A stretch of DNA of 64,000 nucleotides from Lama guanicoe (Eukaryota): positions 9,209,095 to 9,273,094 of the forward strand of contig MU054391.1 in the NCBI GenBank assembly GCA_013239625.1, read 5' to 3'. How positions within the stretch are numbered: position 1 is the first letter of the stretch; the number at the start of each line of letters is the position of its first letter. Shown here one piece after another: positions 13,835 through 27,409 of the stretch. The translations under genes were made by a program, and so were the position numbers. The notes under the pieces are model-generated. The model ran no database searches and was not told where the DNA came from. It saw only the letters and a list, made by a program, of their open reading frames with translations.

Positions 13835-14661
13835 GAAATGCAAATCAAAACTACAATGAGGTATCAGCTCACACCAGTCAGAATGGCCATCATTCAAAAA
13901 TCCACAAATGACAAATGCTGCAAAAGCTGTGGAGAAAAGGGAACCCTCCTTCACTGCTGGTGGGAATGCAGTTTGGTGCAGCCACTGTGGAAAACAGTAT
14001 GCAGATTCCTCAAAAGACTAGGAATAGACTTACCATGTGACCAAGGAATCCCGCTCCTGAGCATATATCCAGAAGGAATCCTACTTCAAAATGACACCTG
14101 CACCCCAATGTTCATAGCAGCATTATTGACAATAGCCAAGACATGGAAAAAGCCTAAATGTCCATCAACAGGTGACTGGATAAAAAAGAGGTGGTATATT
14201 TATACAATGGAATAGTATTCAGCCATAAAAACCGACAACATAACACCATTTGCAACAACAACATGGATGTTCCTGGAGAATGTCATTCTAAACAAAGTTA
14301 AGCCAGAAAGAGAAAGAAAAATACCATATGAGATTGCTCATATGTGGAATCTAAACAAACAAACAAACAAAGCATAAATACAAAACAGAAACAGACTCAT
14401 AGACATAGAATACAAACTTGTGGTTGCCAAGGGGATGGAGGGTTGGAAGGGATAGATGGGATTTCAAAATTGTAGAACAGATAAACAAGATTATACTGTA
14501 AAGCACAGGGGAATGCACACAAGATCTTATGGTAGCTCACAGAGAAAAAAAATGTGACAATGAATATATATATGTTCATGTATAATTGAAAAATTGTGCT
14601 CTACACTGGGATTTGACACAATATTGTAAAATGATTATAAATCAATAAAAAATGTTAAAAA
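13835..14661 (+). mobile_element. Young 5'-truncated L1 with 18-bp TSD
   Basis: ORF2 C-terminus (MQIKTTMRYQLTPVRMAII...HCWWEC...CTPMFIAAL); TSD aacaatgaa(t/a)aagatctg at 13817-13834 and 14662-14679. Confidence 0.95.
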
Positions 14662-14769
14662 AACAATGAAAAAGATCTGAAGTTTATGGTTTATAATTTT
14701 AAAAGGAGAAGTCACTTAGTCCAACCCTCAGTCTCCTCCCTCTCTGATTATTTGTTCTTGTAAAGCTGA

Positions 14770-16290
14770 ATCACCTTCTCTCCCCACTTCCAACAACTTC
14801 CTAAATGCTGGTGATGCTCAGATTTCCATCTTAAGCTCAGACATCTCTTTCCAGCCCCAGACCTACCCTCCCCTCTATAATCCAGCTTTCTACAGGATAT
14901 ATTAAACTGGAGGACCCACAGGCACCTCAAATCAAGCAAATCTAAAGCTCGGTTTATCACACATACACCAGCACCCCAAAGTAGGTCCTCCTTCTGTATT
15001 ACTAACCTTACTCAACATGAATTCATTCATGCCTGTCTACCCAGACAACTCAACTGGAAATCTGTGAGCCCTAGCAAGCTCCTCTTGTTAGAGCAGGCAG
15101 ATAGCTAGATATGAGCAGAGAAAGGGGGGAGGAGGCATGGGCCAAATGGCATCAAACCATACATCTTGAGCAGATAAAGAAAGGCAAGAACCTCCAGACT
15201 GAAAAGAAACCACATATTTTTGGGTTGACAAGTGTCCTGGAGGCAAAGACAGGTGGAATGAGGCAGGAATCTCTGGCATCTGAAAGTAACCTTTTGCTCA
15301 CTATGCCCTCATTACAGTAAAATTAGCCTCGCAGATAAGAGGTACCCATTATGCGCCAACACCATGACACTTCTGATCCAGATTAAATAAGAACAAAAAT
15401 CCCTCCTCTTCTAGGGAAGGTGGAGCTGGGATGAAAGTCAGAAAATACAACCCCAAACCCCTTCCTCCCCAATGAATATTCTACTCATCCATTTTTACAT
15501 ACCATATAATCAACTTGCCAAAGAAACTCAGTGCAGCTACTCACCTGAGTCTGCCTGCTCGCCCCTTGAGAGTGTACTATCTATTGCTTAATAAATCCTC
15601 ACTTTATTTCTTTGACCTCCACGTCTTGTCTCTGAATTCTTTCTGCAACAAGACAAGAACCTATTCTCTGGTAACACTCCCATACACTTCCACCCCTCCC
15701 ACAATGGGTAATTAAATCCCATAATTTTTATATCTTAATTCAATCCGTCTTCACCTCATTACAGGGTGGCTGCTAGAGCTAGATGACTGGTTTCCCTGTC
15801 TTTAATTTTACCCCTCTTCATTTCTTCCCCTGCACTGCACCCAGAATGATTCTTCTAAAAGTGAAAACTATTTTGATTGCTCTCTGCTTAAAAACTGTCA
15901 ATGGATCTCCCAACTTTGCGATATAAAATCTAAACTCCTCTAAGCCTGGAAGGTTTCTTGGGATTGGCCTCCTCTTGTATCAATTACCCCTTACACATCG
16001 ATATTCTCTAAAAACCTCACATAGTCAAGAGTTCTGAGAGTTTTCTTGTTTTGTTTTGTTTTTCCCTCTGGAAGGAAGAGTCTCCTCCCCTCATTTCACT
16101 GTCTGCTACTCATTCTTTAAGATTCAGCCTTAGGAAAACAAGCCACATTCGACCCCCTGCTGGCTTCTACGTCCTCCAGCGCACATCCCGCTATGTCGTG
16201 TGTGTTTTACCACCTGTCTGTCTTCCCACCTGGCTGTACATTCCCTGGGGGCAGAGATCATGTCATAGTCATCTCTGCAGCCCCACAGCT
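14770..16290 (+). mobile_element. L2 fragments, split by the LTR at 15086-15676
   Basis: ccacaggcacctcaaatcaagcaaatctaaa; ctgcacccagaatgattcttctaaaa; ctgcttaaaaactgtcaatgg. Confidence 0.7.
15086..15676 (+). mobile_element. ERV solo LTR (ERV1-like, probably lineage-specific)
   Basis: TGTTA...TAACA inverted termini, AATAAA at about 15590 followed by a U5-like T/C-rich tract, flanks ctct/ctcc as an imperfect 4-bp TSD. Confidence 0.8.
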
Positions 16291-16679
16291 CAGTCAGTAC
16301 TACTTCAGTTTTAGAGAAACAATATCATTGTTATGACACCAAACTCTGCAGGTGCGGAGCCAGTCACAGCTGCCAAAGTTTAACAAGTGGGAAAACAGCC
16401 TCTGGAATTTCTCCTCCGCTGCCTGGAGCAGAAAAAGCAGCGTCCCATCTGATGGGGTTTCCCAACGTGAAGGTGACGCCACAAAATCATTCGCCTCTTC
16501 TTGAGGCTAGAAGAGAGGTGACTTTTTCTGGGTTTAAACTTCTCATATCTTTTCCATTAAGTCACCTTTTACTTAGCTGAGACTTACCAATGTTTCCCCA
16601 AAACTCACATCCGTGTTGCTCCCTCATAACATCATCATGGTTATCAGATGCTGTCAGAATTCTCTGCTTTGCAGCCATG

Positions 16680-17010
16680 AGACTTTTGCACATCACTTAC
16701 CTGGAGTATTCATTATCTTCACGTACCTCCATCCCCTGCCTCTAACCAGCAAACTCCTAGGTATCCTTCAAGACCCAGTTCACAGATCATCACCCCGAGA
16801 CACCCAACCTCAACTTTCAAAACTGATTTTTATTTTTACTGCACACACTTAATGCACAGTAGTGCAGGTGTCTGTCTGTCTGTCCCTTTAAGGCTAAGGA
16901 CAAGGGCCTGTTCTTCTTTAGATCCCCACTGCTTCATATGGTACTTAGGGTACAGGAAACCCTAGTAAAAGTGTGTTTGAATTAGTGAGTACATGAATTT
17001 GTGAATAAAT
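16680..17010 (+). mobile_element. L2 3' end
   Basis: Ends in tttgaattagtgagtacatgaatttgtgaataaat, a degenerate (TGAA)n L2 tail. Confidence 0.55.
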
Positions 17011-18454
17011 AACGTGACGGAGGTGCAGAGGAAGACTCCTGATATACGTAAACATAGGAGGGCTGACACCAATAGGAATTAATATGAGCAATAACGTATT
17101 TGTAAATATACCCTGGTGCTAAGCTTATTCTCTGAAGTTATGACAATTAGGACTGAATAGAGTGTCTTTTTTTCAGGCGACTGCTAAGAACAATAAAACC
17201 AAAAGTCCGGGTTTCCAAGTTAGAATGTCAGTCCTGCCACTGGCCATGGCTGTGACGAGAAGCGAATCCCTTCACCACTCAGGAACCTAGTGTCCTCACC
17301 AGGGGGATGTGGGTGTGAGGTGCAGCGTTCACTAGGACCATCTCCCCATCTGTAAGCTCATGATCCTACAGTTCTTTCCACCCACGGCATCTCCTACCAC
17401 GCAGCCCAGTCGTCCTGGCCTTCAGCGCTCTGTCACCACCTCCCCGCACACACCCCCTCAACCTCTCCTCTCTTGTCTCTGCTCCAACTGTCTGATTGGG
17501 TGGATCTCAAAACCCTGCGCACCGGCACCACGGGTCCATGGTGCTCTCTTCAAATCACCTCCTACTTCATGTCCAGTAAGCTGTCTTCTCACCTCCTTCC
17601 AAAAGTTCCTCAAGATATTCTTCTTCCCCAAACCCAGATTTATTCTGTACTACTTTCTATAACTTAAAGATGTAGGCACGTGTGTGATACATACTAGTAA
17701 CACTCATCATTGGTACCTCCATTATTAGCACACCCTAATGTTTCAAAATTCTCTCTGTATCCCTCATCTCGTTTACTTTTCTCAATAATCTCATAATGTA
17801 GTTAATATTATTACACATCATTTTGCAGGAGACTGAGACTCAGAATGTTTAAGTGGTTTTCCCAAAATCATAGATGCGGGTCATGGAAGAGAAAGAACTT
17901 GTCCTCAGCTTGTCTGGCTCCAGTTTTCATGGCCTTTCCACTCTTCCCAGCATGTCTCTCACAACAGAAATGATCTGTCCGGAACCAAAATCAAACTCTT
18001 TAACACTATGGGTGATCAACGCTGTCTAACCATTTGATGTATTTGTGACAGTTTTTAAAGTGTCAGTGTCAGCCCTACAGGAAAGACACAAGATGGTTCA
18101 GCTGCCAAACCTCTCCAGAGCAGCCAATGGAGAAAAATAAGTCCTGAAGCGGCAAGGCCAGCTGGTGAGGATGCTTGGAGATGACACCCAGGAAGGAGCC
18201 ACAGAGTAAAAACCTCCCTGCCCCTGAGGTGCTGAAGCACAGTCTCACATTTCTGCGAACTTGAAATATTTCTCTATGTTTAGGTCTTCGAACATCTACA
18301 TCTTCTGCATGAAATGCCCTTTCCTAATCTACTCTTTTTTATCTAAATAATACCTACCCACTTGTCAAGACTAAGGTCAAGTTCAGCTCCTCTGCAGAGT
18401 TCTTCCTGAACATCCTAGGCGGCACCCACTGCCATTCTCTGGGCTCCGTCAGTG

Positions 18455-19196
18455 GGTGTTTTCATCCATGCCACCAAGCAGTGAACTCAGTCCTGACACT
18501 GTCTACCTGGACATGGCGTCAGATCCTGCACGGCTGCCCCTCCCCGCCTCCCCTCCCCCTCCAGATGCCAGTAGCCAACCCAGGTTGCTACCTGCGCTTC
18601 TGACGACTGGCTATAAATAGGAAGTTCCCACCACCGTTCCTCGGATGATTAATTTGCTACGATACCTCACAAGACTCAGAAAAACATTTATTTATGCTTA
18701 CCGGTTTATTATAAAAAGATTTTAACTCAGGAAGAGCCCGGCAGAAGAGCTGGGCTGGGCAAGGTATGTGGGAAGGCACATGGAGATTCCTTGCTCCCTG
18801 GACGTGCCACAGTCCCAGAATCCCCGTGTATCCATCCACCCAGAAGCTCTCTGAACCCTGTCCTTTTGAGGTTTTAGGAAGGCTTCATCAAGTAGGCATG
18901 GCTGATTAAATCACTGGCCGTTGGTGATGGGACTCAATCTTCAGCCCCCACTCCCAGAGGTGTGGAGTGGGACTGAAAGGTCCAACCCTCTACTCACATG
19001 GTTTGTTCCCCTGGCAACCAGGCCCCATCCTTAGGTTATCTAAGGGCTTTCCAAAAGTCACCTCATTAACATAAACTCAAAAGACACTTTTATCACTCAT
19101 CTCTTCGGAAATTCCAAGAATTTCAGGGGCTCTGTGCCAGAAACAGGGATGAAGACCAAACATATATACTTCTCTTAGCAAATGTCACAATATCAC
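18455..19196 (-). mobile_element. MER21-like solo LTR nested in L2 (L2 at about 18310-18450 and 19197-19400)
   Basis: ctgacactgtctacctgga..gtcagatcc; ctggctataaat; aagtcacctcattaacataaactca; gggatgaagaccaaa...cacaatatcaca. Confidence 0.8.
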
Positions 19197-19612
19197 AGCT
19201 CCCACAGCTTCGCATGCCCCTTTCTTCATAACACTTCTCATCTTGCACTGTAAATATCAAGCATTTTTTTTCCCACCAGACTTTGTGCTCCTTGACAGTA
19301 GATGATTCCATATTTAATTCTGTTTCCCCAGATTCTATCTGAATGCCTGGGACATATGAGGCGCTCAGAGTATGTTTGTGAATGAATGAAAGAAGGAAGG
19401 AATAAAAGATTTTTCTAGGTAAATCCCATAGCAGAGCCATTTTCTCTTTGCAAATCCTCTTCTGCTTATAGAACCCTTCCAACCCCAGGAGACCAGGAGG
19501 ATGAGTTTTATGGCTGGTGTATTTTTACAGAGGCCAAGACCAAGACTTCTAAGATTTCTAGTTAGTTCTTCTGTAAAACAGAAAATAGCAATGTCACTAG
19601 CAAAAGGTTAAA

Positions 19613-19616
19613 ATAC

Positions 19617-19676
<60 letters not shown>
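19613..19676. repeat. (TACA)n/(TA)n microsatellite
   Basis: Seen directly. Confidence 0.95.
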
Positions 19677-20871
19677 GCACCGACCAATGAAGTCTAGGCA
19701 GAGACAGAGATTGAGACAAATAGAAAGATGGAGAAGAAACTGAAATTACTGAATGGTCCAAGGTGGATTGGTATGGACTGTGAAGAAGCCTAAGACGCAG
19801 AAGTAACTGGGAGGATTTCAAAGATTTAAACCAGATAAAGAAGGAGAAGATCCCAATAGAACCAGGTCACAGACAAAAGTCTTTCTAGCCAGTTTCCCAG
19901 TAAGGGGTGTTGCATAATTAACAGTTTCACCACACTCCAATGAAAAGCATGTATCATTTGCAATATTCTTTAAATATGTACACAGGAGATCATTTACTAA
20001 CTAGAGGTGATACACATGTTGAGTGAGTTGTCTACTTATTTCTTATTGCTTTTTTTAAAAAAAAAATCTCAATTCGAAAGGACTCTCGAGAAACTTTTAA
20101 GAGGAAAGGCAGGGAAGGGTTGGATACAACAGTGCCAGGAGCGCTCCTGTTACTCAGAGGAAGGAGCAAGGGGAAGCAGCAACTCTTAAAAGGATGGAGC
20201 CTGGCCAGAGCCAGCCCGCATCAGCGTGGGCAAGCTGCCTCGCACAGCAGCGCCCTTGGGCACAGGTGGCCAGGCCAGATCAGTTACGTGAGCAGCTTCT
20301 CTAGGATTTGGAGTTTGGACACTCTTTCAAGCCACTAGTGCTGCCATGGAGAGGTGGTGGCTTGGTTGCCAGAAAGAAAGTGTGCAGCATCACAGGGCAC
20401 TGATTTTTTTCACAGCATGAAAGGTCGCTCTCATTCCCATTTTGCAGAGTATATCAATGAGTCTTCAGTGACATTGTCACCCAACTTCAATCTTCTGGCA
20501 TCTTGAGCCTGACATCACCCCTAACTCCTCTGGATCTGGTGGTACTGCTCTTCTCAGCTTAGAAGTGCCTCTCCCGTCTTCCTTTAAAGAGAGTCTTATC
20601 CACTTTCCCAGCCCCACATGTACTGAGTCTCAAATTCCCTGCTAATTTCCCCAGCCTAGAACCCAGCCCCAACTCTGCCGGTCTGTCTTCCAAGGTCCTT
20701 CCACAGGGAAAGGATTCAGTCACAGTACAGCCAATCAAGAGAACTTAACCTGATCAACCAAGAGTGATTAGTGGTGCGACTGAAGCAAAAAATGTTCATC
20801 CTTTTGTCTTGTTAGAAAAATCAAGAATGACACCCCGAAACACTCCCAAAATATCAATGTAATCATTATAT

Positions 20872-20873
<2 letters not shown>

Positions 20874-20903
<30 letters not shown>
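20874..20903. repeat. (GT)15 microsatellite
   Basis: Seen directly. Confidence 0.95.
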
Positions 20904-20906
<3 letters not shown>

Positions 20907-21619
20907 CACACAGGTCTAAATCTTGAATAACAACCCTGACAATAATACAAATTTTCCTCAAAGAACTGAGTGGGTAGCGTTTGTCCCATTGAAATAGAGG
21001 GACAAGTGGGTCATTTGTCAGTTGAAAATCTGGGCTCTATTTCTTCTTGTTCTTATTATTGCCAGAAGGAACTGTCAAAAATACCGGTTTTCTATTTTAC
21101 CAGGAAATGGTTTCAGTTCTCAATTTCCCCAGAAAACCTGTTCCCCCAAGTGATTTCACCTAAACTCCTTTAGCTGTGGGACGTTATAGAGTCAAAAGGG
21201 CAGCGGAGGGTCCTCGGGACAGGAGGCTCTTAACCCTTCATGGGCCCATCTGAGAACATGATGACTAGTGTAGCCCTTAACCCTAGAAAACTGCACCTAC
21301 TCGCGTTATTTTGCATGCATATCAACCCTCCAAACGCCGTAAATCCCCAATTAAGCAAAACAAATCTAATACTTTAATCCAACCCACCATTCTTATGAAT
21401 GGATGAAGATAGCAAAATTCACGAGGTGACATGCCAAAGTGATACCTGCTTGTCCCCAGCCACTTCCTTCCCATCACAGGATGTGACATGAAAACTGCAA
21501 CAATGTGAGCAACTTGAACCTAGGCAATGGACATTTTAAGGATAAAACCTGTTATGAATATAAAATTATAAGATTATACATCATACCTAAATTAATCATG
21601 AAAATGAAGCTATGATAAC

Positions 21620-21830
21620 ACAACAATTTCTGAACATGAACTGTGTCCCAGGCAACCTTCTAAAAAGAATCCTTCAGTAATCCTCATCATTAACCTGTGA
21701 GGTGAGGACTGTTTGAAGCTTTTTCTACAGAGGGGCGGAGTGACTTGCCCAAGGTCACACAGGCTCTAAGTGACAGAGCCAGGGTTTGAATCCAGAATCT
21801 GGGACCAGAGCCTGTGCTTGGAAACACTGT
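21620..21830 (-). mobile_element. MIR
   Basis: gtgacttgcccaaggtcacacag...aagtgacagagccagggtttgaatccag. Confidence 0.85.
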
Positions 21831-21891
21831 ATAACTGCTCTGACACAACATGAATTAGCAGAGCAAACACAAATTGAAGGCAGGATTTTTT

Positions 21892-22055
21892 TTTTTTAAC
21901 TGAAGTATAGTCAAGTAGTTGAGAAGAACATTTTTTCTTTTTTTTGGCCAGGGGGGCAGTAATTAGACTTTTTTTAAGGGAGGTCCTGGGGATTGAACCC
22001 AGGACTTTGTGCATGCTAAGCACGCACTCTCCCACTGAGCTACACCCTCCCCACC
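21892..22055 (-). mobile_element. tRNA-derived SINE (camelid vic-1-like) with a short L1-type tail
   Basis: Minus strand ggggagggtgtagctcagtggg (A box) ... gggttcaatccc (B box); TSD agg(c/t)aggatttttt at 21878-21891 and 22057-22070. Confidence 0.9.
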
Positions 22056-23559
22056 TAGGTAGGATTTTTTAAAGCGGTATACTTTTATCCCTGTCAAGAA
22101 TCTACAGGGACTCAATTTAAGCAAAGCATGTTCTCGTGCATTAATGAGCAGTTAAGAATGGGTTGCAATTAGCCCATCAGTTTTTTTGTATCTAAATCCA
22201 TATTCTTCAACGGCTTCAAATTACTTGAAAGTGTTCTCTCAAGCATTTTAACCATTTCTTCCTACAATCGCGCTTACACTATTCATTTGTAAAGCTTATG
22301 AAGAAGTTGTTTTACTTGACTGAAGTTTTCATTTCCCCAATCCCTGTAACTAAATTAATACGGATCAGAGTTGCCATTCTTTCTAAGAGCCAAAAAAAAG
22401 GATCTTACAGATCATTTAGTCTTACCTATTCATCTTATAATGAGGAAACAGAGCCTAGAATAAAAGTTATTTCTATGAAGAGCTCACAGCAAGTTGTTAG
22501 AAATGCAGGACTAAAAGACAGTTTTTCTTTCTATAGCAGGTCAGGGTCCTATCCCATGGCATACTCCAGCTCTCTGAGGTTTAAAATTTCTCCCAGTGAT
22601 TATTTCATTCTTTGCCAGTGGAACGCAAAATCAAGTAACAGAATTTTTTTTAGTAGAACTTGAAACTGCAGCCAATTCGAGTGGTAACTTAACTAGCAGT
22701 AAAAATACAGTTGCTTTTGCTCTTTTTACGATACAGAAAGTGCCTGGTTTATCTTAAACCTCAGTGACAATATCAACCATCATTCCTCAGAGCTTCAAAT
22801 GGGAATTTCAAAGCATTGTCTTAAATAAAATTTGAAATCAACAAAAACATCAGCAGGTGCCTGCATACTGTGAAATCTTCCAAGTTTCAAAATGCGAACT
22901 AGCGCAGAAGGAAACTAAGCCTCCCGCAGGCACCGCTTCCGGGATGCTCTGCCCGACCCACCCAGCACTTAAATCCCTAGACGCTCGGAGCCCATCGGGC
23001 CAAGCAGGTGGGGAGGAAATGAACTCGTCTCAGAGCCAGAGGGGCCAAACCCTGTGCCGGACACTCGGCAAACAAGCAGCATCTCCCGCCGTGTTCACAG
23101 CGACTGTTACTCCTCCCTCCCAGCCGACCACACTGAGACGCAGAGGCTGAAGAACTTGCTCAAATCTCAGGTGTCGTAAATGAGAAGGAGACCTGGGATT
23201 GAGCCCAGATTTGCCGGTTTCAGCCTGGGGGCTATTTTCCCTGAAAATACCAGCTCGCTGTTGTAGGCAGTCAATCATCGGCCTTCAAGGACATTACAAT
23301 TGTTGAGGTTTAAAGAAAAAAGACTCTACATCTGAATAATGAGTAAAGGTATAAATGTACAGGTAAACGAGATGAAAATGCAAATAAAAATACAAAGTTA
23401 TTAAGAGGTGAGTTTTACCTCTAAAATGACAAAAGGACAGCTCCTCACGCAGTATAAAATCTACAAGGAGCCCAGTAAATATTTAGAGAAAGCGGAATGG
23501 AGAGAAGGGAGGGAAGGAGGAGGAGAGGGAGAAAGACACTCAAAGCCAAGTAGTCGAAA

Positions 23560-23705
23560 CGCTTGTGACGCAAAGTGTGGCCCACTAGCCACCAGCAAGG
23601 ATGTCATCCGGAAGCCTGTTAGAGATGCGGACTCTTGGCCCAGCTCCGACTCTAACAAACCCCACCCAGGGACGTGCACACACGAAACTCAGAGAAGTAT
23701 GGTTT
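23560..23705. mobile_element. MER5A-like hAT MITE
   Basis: caaagtgtggccc...cagc...ggaagcctgttagagatgcggactcttggccc...gagaagtatggt. Confidence 0.7.
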
Positions 23706-24867
23706 GGACTAAACACCAAACAGCAAACCCAGTGGAATTCCGAAAAGAGAGAAAGCAGTGGTGATCAGAGAGGACAACGAGGAAGGGGTGGAATTGGAAG
23801 GACTCTGCTATGACATCATGTGTAGAGTTCCTATAAGGAAATGTTCAGAATTCCCTCAGGGCAGTGAGGAGCAAGAGAAATGTATGAGAAACAGTAGGTG
23901 TGCAGGAAAGGAAGGGACTTCAGGGGAAGCAAGCGAATCATTCAACCTGAAGGAAAACGTTTGGAGATTTCCCTCTGTGTTCTTACTGTGCGCTCGGCTC
24001 ACCTAGTCCCACCTACAGAATTCCAGTTTCCAGGAAGAAAGAAAGTTGTTAAAATAAAGTATATATACCTGGCATCTGGAAAAGATGGGTGCTCTCTCTT
24101 GGGATAACAGACAGCTGGGTTCTCCTAACACACACGTGTTGATTCTGCCACCTGAGAGCCATCTGCCGAATGAGACACCCCAGCGTGCCCCACGATGCTC
24201 TGGGCAGCCATGCGCTGGGGCTCTGGCCGCCTTCAGGTGCGACACTCTTGATAAAGCTTTTATATTGTACAGGTTCTGCTGGCAAATAGAGGTTTGGGTA
24301 CAGTGTCAACCCCCTGTAAAGTAGGTAGCACATGGTCCCTGGTTTACTGAGGGTTAACCTCTCGCAGCACCTATCTCTAGACAAAGTCAATTTCACCAGA
24401 GTCCCCATGGCCCCAGTGACTTGCTGTGATCACTAACTAAATGCTAATCATCCAGAAATGCAGTGGGTGTAATGGCCTTAGAAATGAGCCCTTCCTCTCC
24501 GAGTCCACGACAATCCATTTGTTCACAAAACAGACATTTACTAGGGTCGACCTCATTGTCAGAGCTTTGCCAGCTACTGTGAATTTAGGAATAGGAGAAA
24601 AAAAAAAAAACGGTCCCCAGATTCAAGCAACTTACAGTCTGTATTTCAGACAGCAAAACAACTGAAATCCTGTGAGAACTTTGCTAAATGGAGGAAAGGC
24701 AGAGTTTAGCAGGAGTTTAGAAGAAGGAAGACCCTAGTCACTCCAGAGAATTTAGTAAGGCTCCACAAAGGAGGCAGGAGTGAGGCTGAGTGCAGGTAAG
24801 TTTGCCAGGCAGACACGTGAGAAAGGATGAGGATGTCCCAGGCAGAGAAAGCAGTTCACATAAGCCA

Positions 24868-24960
24868 GTGTATGTGTAACTGAATCGCTTTGCTGTACAC
24901 CTGAAACTAACATTGTAAATCAACTACACTTCAACAAAAAATAAGAATTAAAAAAAAAAA
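24868..24960 (+). mobile_element. Very short L1 3' tail
   Basis: gtaactgaatcgctttgctgtacacctgaaactaacattgtaaatcaactacacttcaa followed by poly(A). Confidence 0.85.
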
Positions 24961-25549
24961 GCCTGAAACATGATTCCACTGGCCTCTTTGCTTTAGATTT
25001 AAAATCACATCATATCCAGCAGCAAGACTTAATTGAAAAAGGCTAATGAGAAAAGACCAGAGGTAAGTGTGTTTCCAGTATATCACATTCATTCCAAATG
25101 AATATAAGTCACAGCATGATGTAGAAGTTGAAGTTATTGCAAAGAGAGAAAATCATGAAAAAAATTGAACTGTCACAAAGCAAATGACAGGATAGTCCTG
25201 TAAATTCAGAAGAACCCACATCACAGCAATCAATACTTATTTACCTGTGAGTAGTGATTTAGTATCATCGAAATACCATTTACCACATTAAGACAATACT
25301 GTCCATTTGAATTGCATTTGTTTTGAGCTTTGTTGGTATGCAGTTTGTAAATATGTTTTGTTTCTAGAGCCATGTAAGAATTACAGGCGTAAGGAATGTA
25401 AATACTTTTCGCATTTGTTCATGTGTAAGTCAGCTCTTGGGGTGGGGTGAGGGTGCGTCTGTGGGCATTTTTTCAGGTTTAAGAGATAACAGCTTAACAT
25501 TTTAGGAAGTGAAAACCCAAAATCACAAAAAGGAATACTTACCATGATC

Positions 25550-26335
25550 TTATTCTTTCACTTGTTCATTAACTTGTTCAATACGTATTTATTGGATACT
25601 GATTATATATTGCCAGGAATTATTTGAAACACTGGGTACAGCAATACATGTTAGGCAAGGTCATGATCCCCCTGCATCTTACCTTCTCTAAAAAAAGGGA
25701 ATTAAAAAAAAAAAAAGAAAGAACATGATGTGTGCAAAGAAGGAAATATACCAGGGTGATCTGATAACAGGTGTCTGGAGAGGCTGCTTGGGTTTGGTGA
25801 GCAGGAAAGGTCTTCCCGTGGAAGCACTATTGAACTGAGATGGGGAAAGAGCAGCCGTGTGCAGAAGCCAAAGGGTTAATGTTCCAGGTGGTGGAAAATG
25901 GGAAATGCAAAGGTCCTGGGGCGAGATGGCTGGAAAAGAATGCTTAAAGGGAAGCGGAGAAGAGGTAGACAGATCAGTCATACTGAGTCTTTTAAGCCAC
26001 TGGTAAGGAATCTAGATCTTACCCTAGGTGCAGTGGGAGGCCTCTAGAGAGTTCTTTAGATGGGAATAACAAGATTCAGTTTAAACTGTGAAAAGTGAAA
26101 TGAATTCTGTGAACCAAGAGTGAAAACAAGGAGATGAACTGGGAGGCTACTGAAGTGAACCAAGTAAGAAATGACAGTGGCTGGGTGAGGGGAGGGCAGT
26201 GGAAACAAAGAGGTGGATGAATCTGAGGTACAGTCAGAGGTATAATCCACAGGACTTGTTGATGGATTGAATGTAAAAAGGGGAAGGAGAGAAAAACAAG
26301 ATTCAGAGATGTTTTGTAGATTTTGGATTGAGATG
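25550..26335 (-). mobile_element. L2 fragment
   Basis: tgcaaaggtcctggggc; taagccactggtaaggaa; acaggacttgttgatggattgaatgt. Confidence 0.8.
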
Positions 26336-27409
26336 TTTGTGGGTTTTTTTTTCAATAAAAAATCATTCTGAATGTAGATACAACAAAACATTAAGATAAT
26401 ATCTTTAGATGGTGGAAACAAGATTTCTTTTTCTGTGTGGATTTTAATTATTTTTAAATGAAAACATATAGCTAATACTTTCTGTTTAATTGCCTAGTGG
26501 TAAATATCTGGGGTTTTTTGGGGTGGGTTTTTTGTTTTTTTGTTTTTTCCCACTGAGTCAAGGCTCCAAGTCAGCTGCAGAAAGCAGAGGTCTTTGTTAG
26601 AAGTCTGAATAGGAGAGGCCCTGAATAAAAGAAGCCAAGGATCAAGGATGAAGACCTGGGCCAACAGAGGATGTTACAAGAGTAAGGGCATGAGGGGCAA
26701 GAAAGGGAGACTGGACTTAACTCAGCTGCCAAAGTCTACCTGAGCTGCATGACTGCTTTTAAAGAGCTGGCAATACCTATCTGTTGACGCTAAATAATAA
26801 TAACTCCCATCAGTATTATTATTATCTCTGGGGGGCTATTCCTCCACTGAATTGCACAGCTAGCTCTAATCTACTCCCCTATCTGCCACTCAGAGCATAA
26901 GCAAAAACACAGAGCAAGGTGGCTAGGAGGTCACATCCAAATTGTGCATTTTACCTGCATTATCTATATTCATGACCATTAAAATAGCCAGCTTTACATG
27001 ACTGTAGAGATGGCAGAATCGAGCAGCAGGTGGACAGAGTGCATGCCTAAGATGTCACAGCTATCCGGTGATTTGGTCCTATTTCGTCTCCACCACACTG
27101 TGTCGCACACAGCAGGTCGGTACTTCCCAACTTTTTTCACACCACGCCACACGTAGAAACTGATATTTTTACAGGATAGCGGGGCAAGGGGGCAGGGACG
27201 CTCATGGCCTGCTGTGGTTCTCTTGGGGTACCATCTGCCTCCGGGCTTACATGGTCACACGAAAACCAAGTGGGTAAACACCTGGACGTACCTTTCATAA
27301 AAATGTACATCCATTTAAAGGAGACTAAAATTGGTGTTTCTTGAGCTTTCCAAAAATTTGGAAAATTTTTAAGAGACAGATTCCCAGGCCTCATCTAAGA
27401 CATATTGGT

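Noticed and set aside
13838..14215. 125-aa ORF, and similar ORFs at 32336, 58346, 59611 and 59911
   Set aside because: These are L1 ORF2 C-terminal fragments in truncated copies, not host genes
21975..22052. tRNA gene (also 31712-31785)
   Set aside because: A and B boxes are present, but the A-rich tails, TSD and divergence indicate SINE copies
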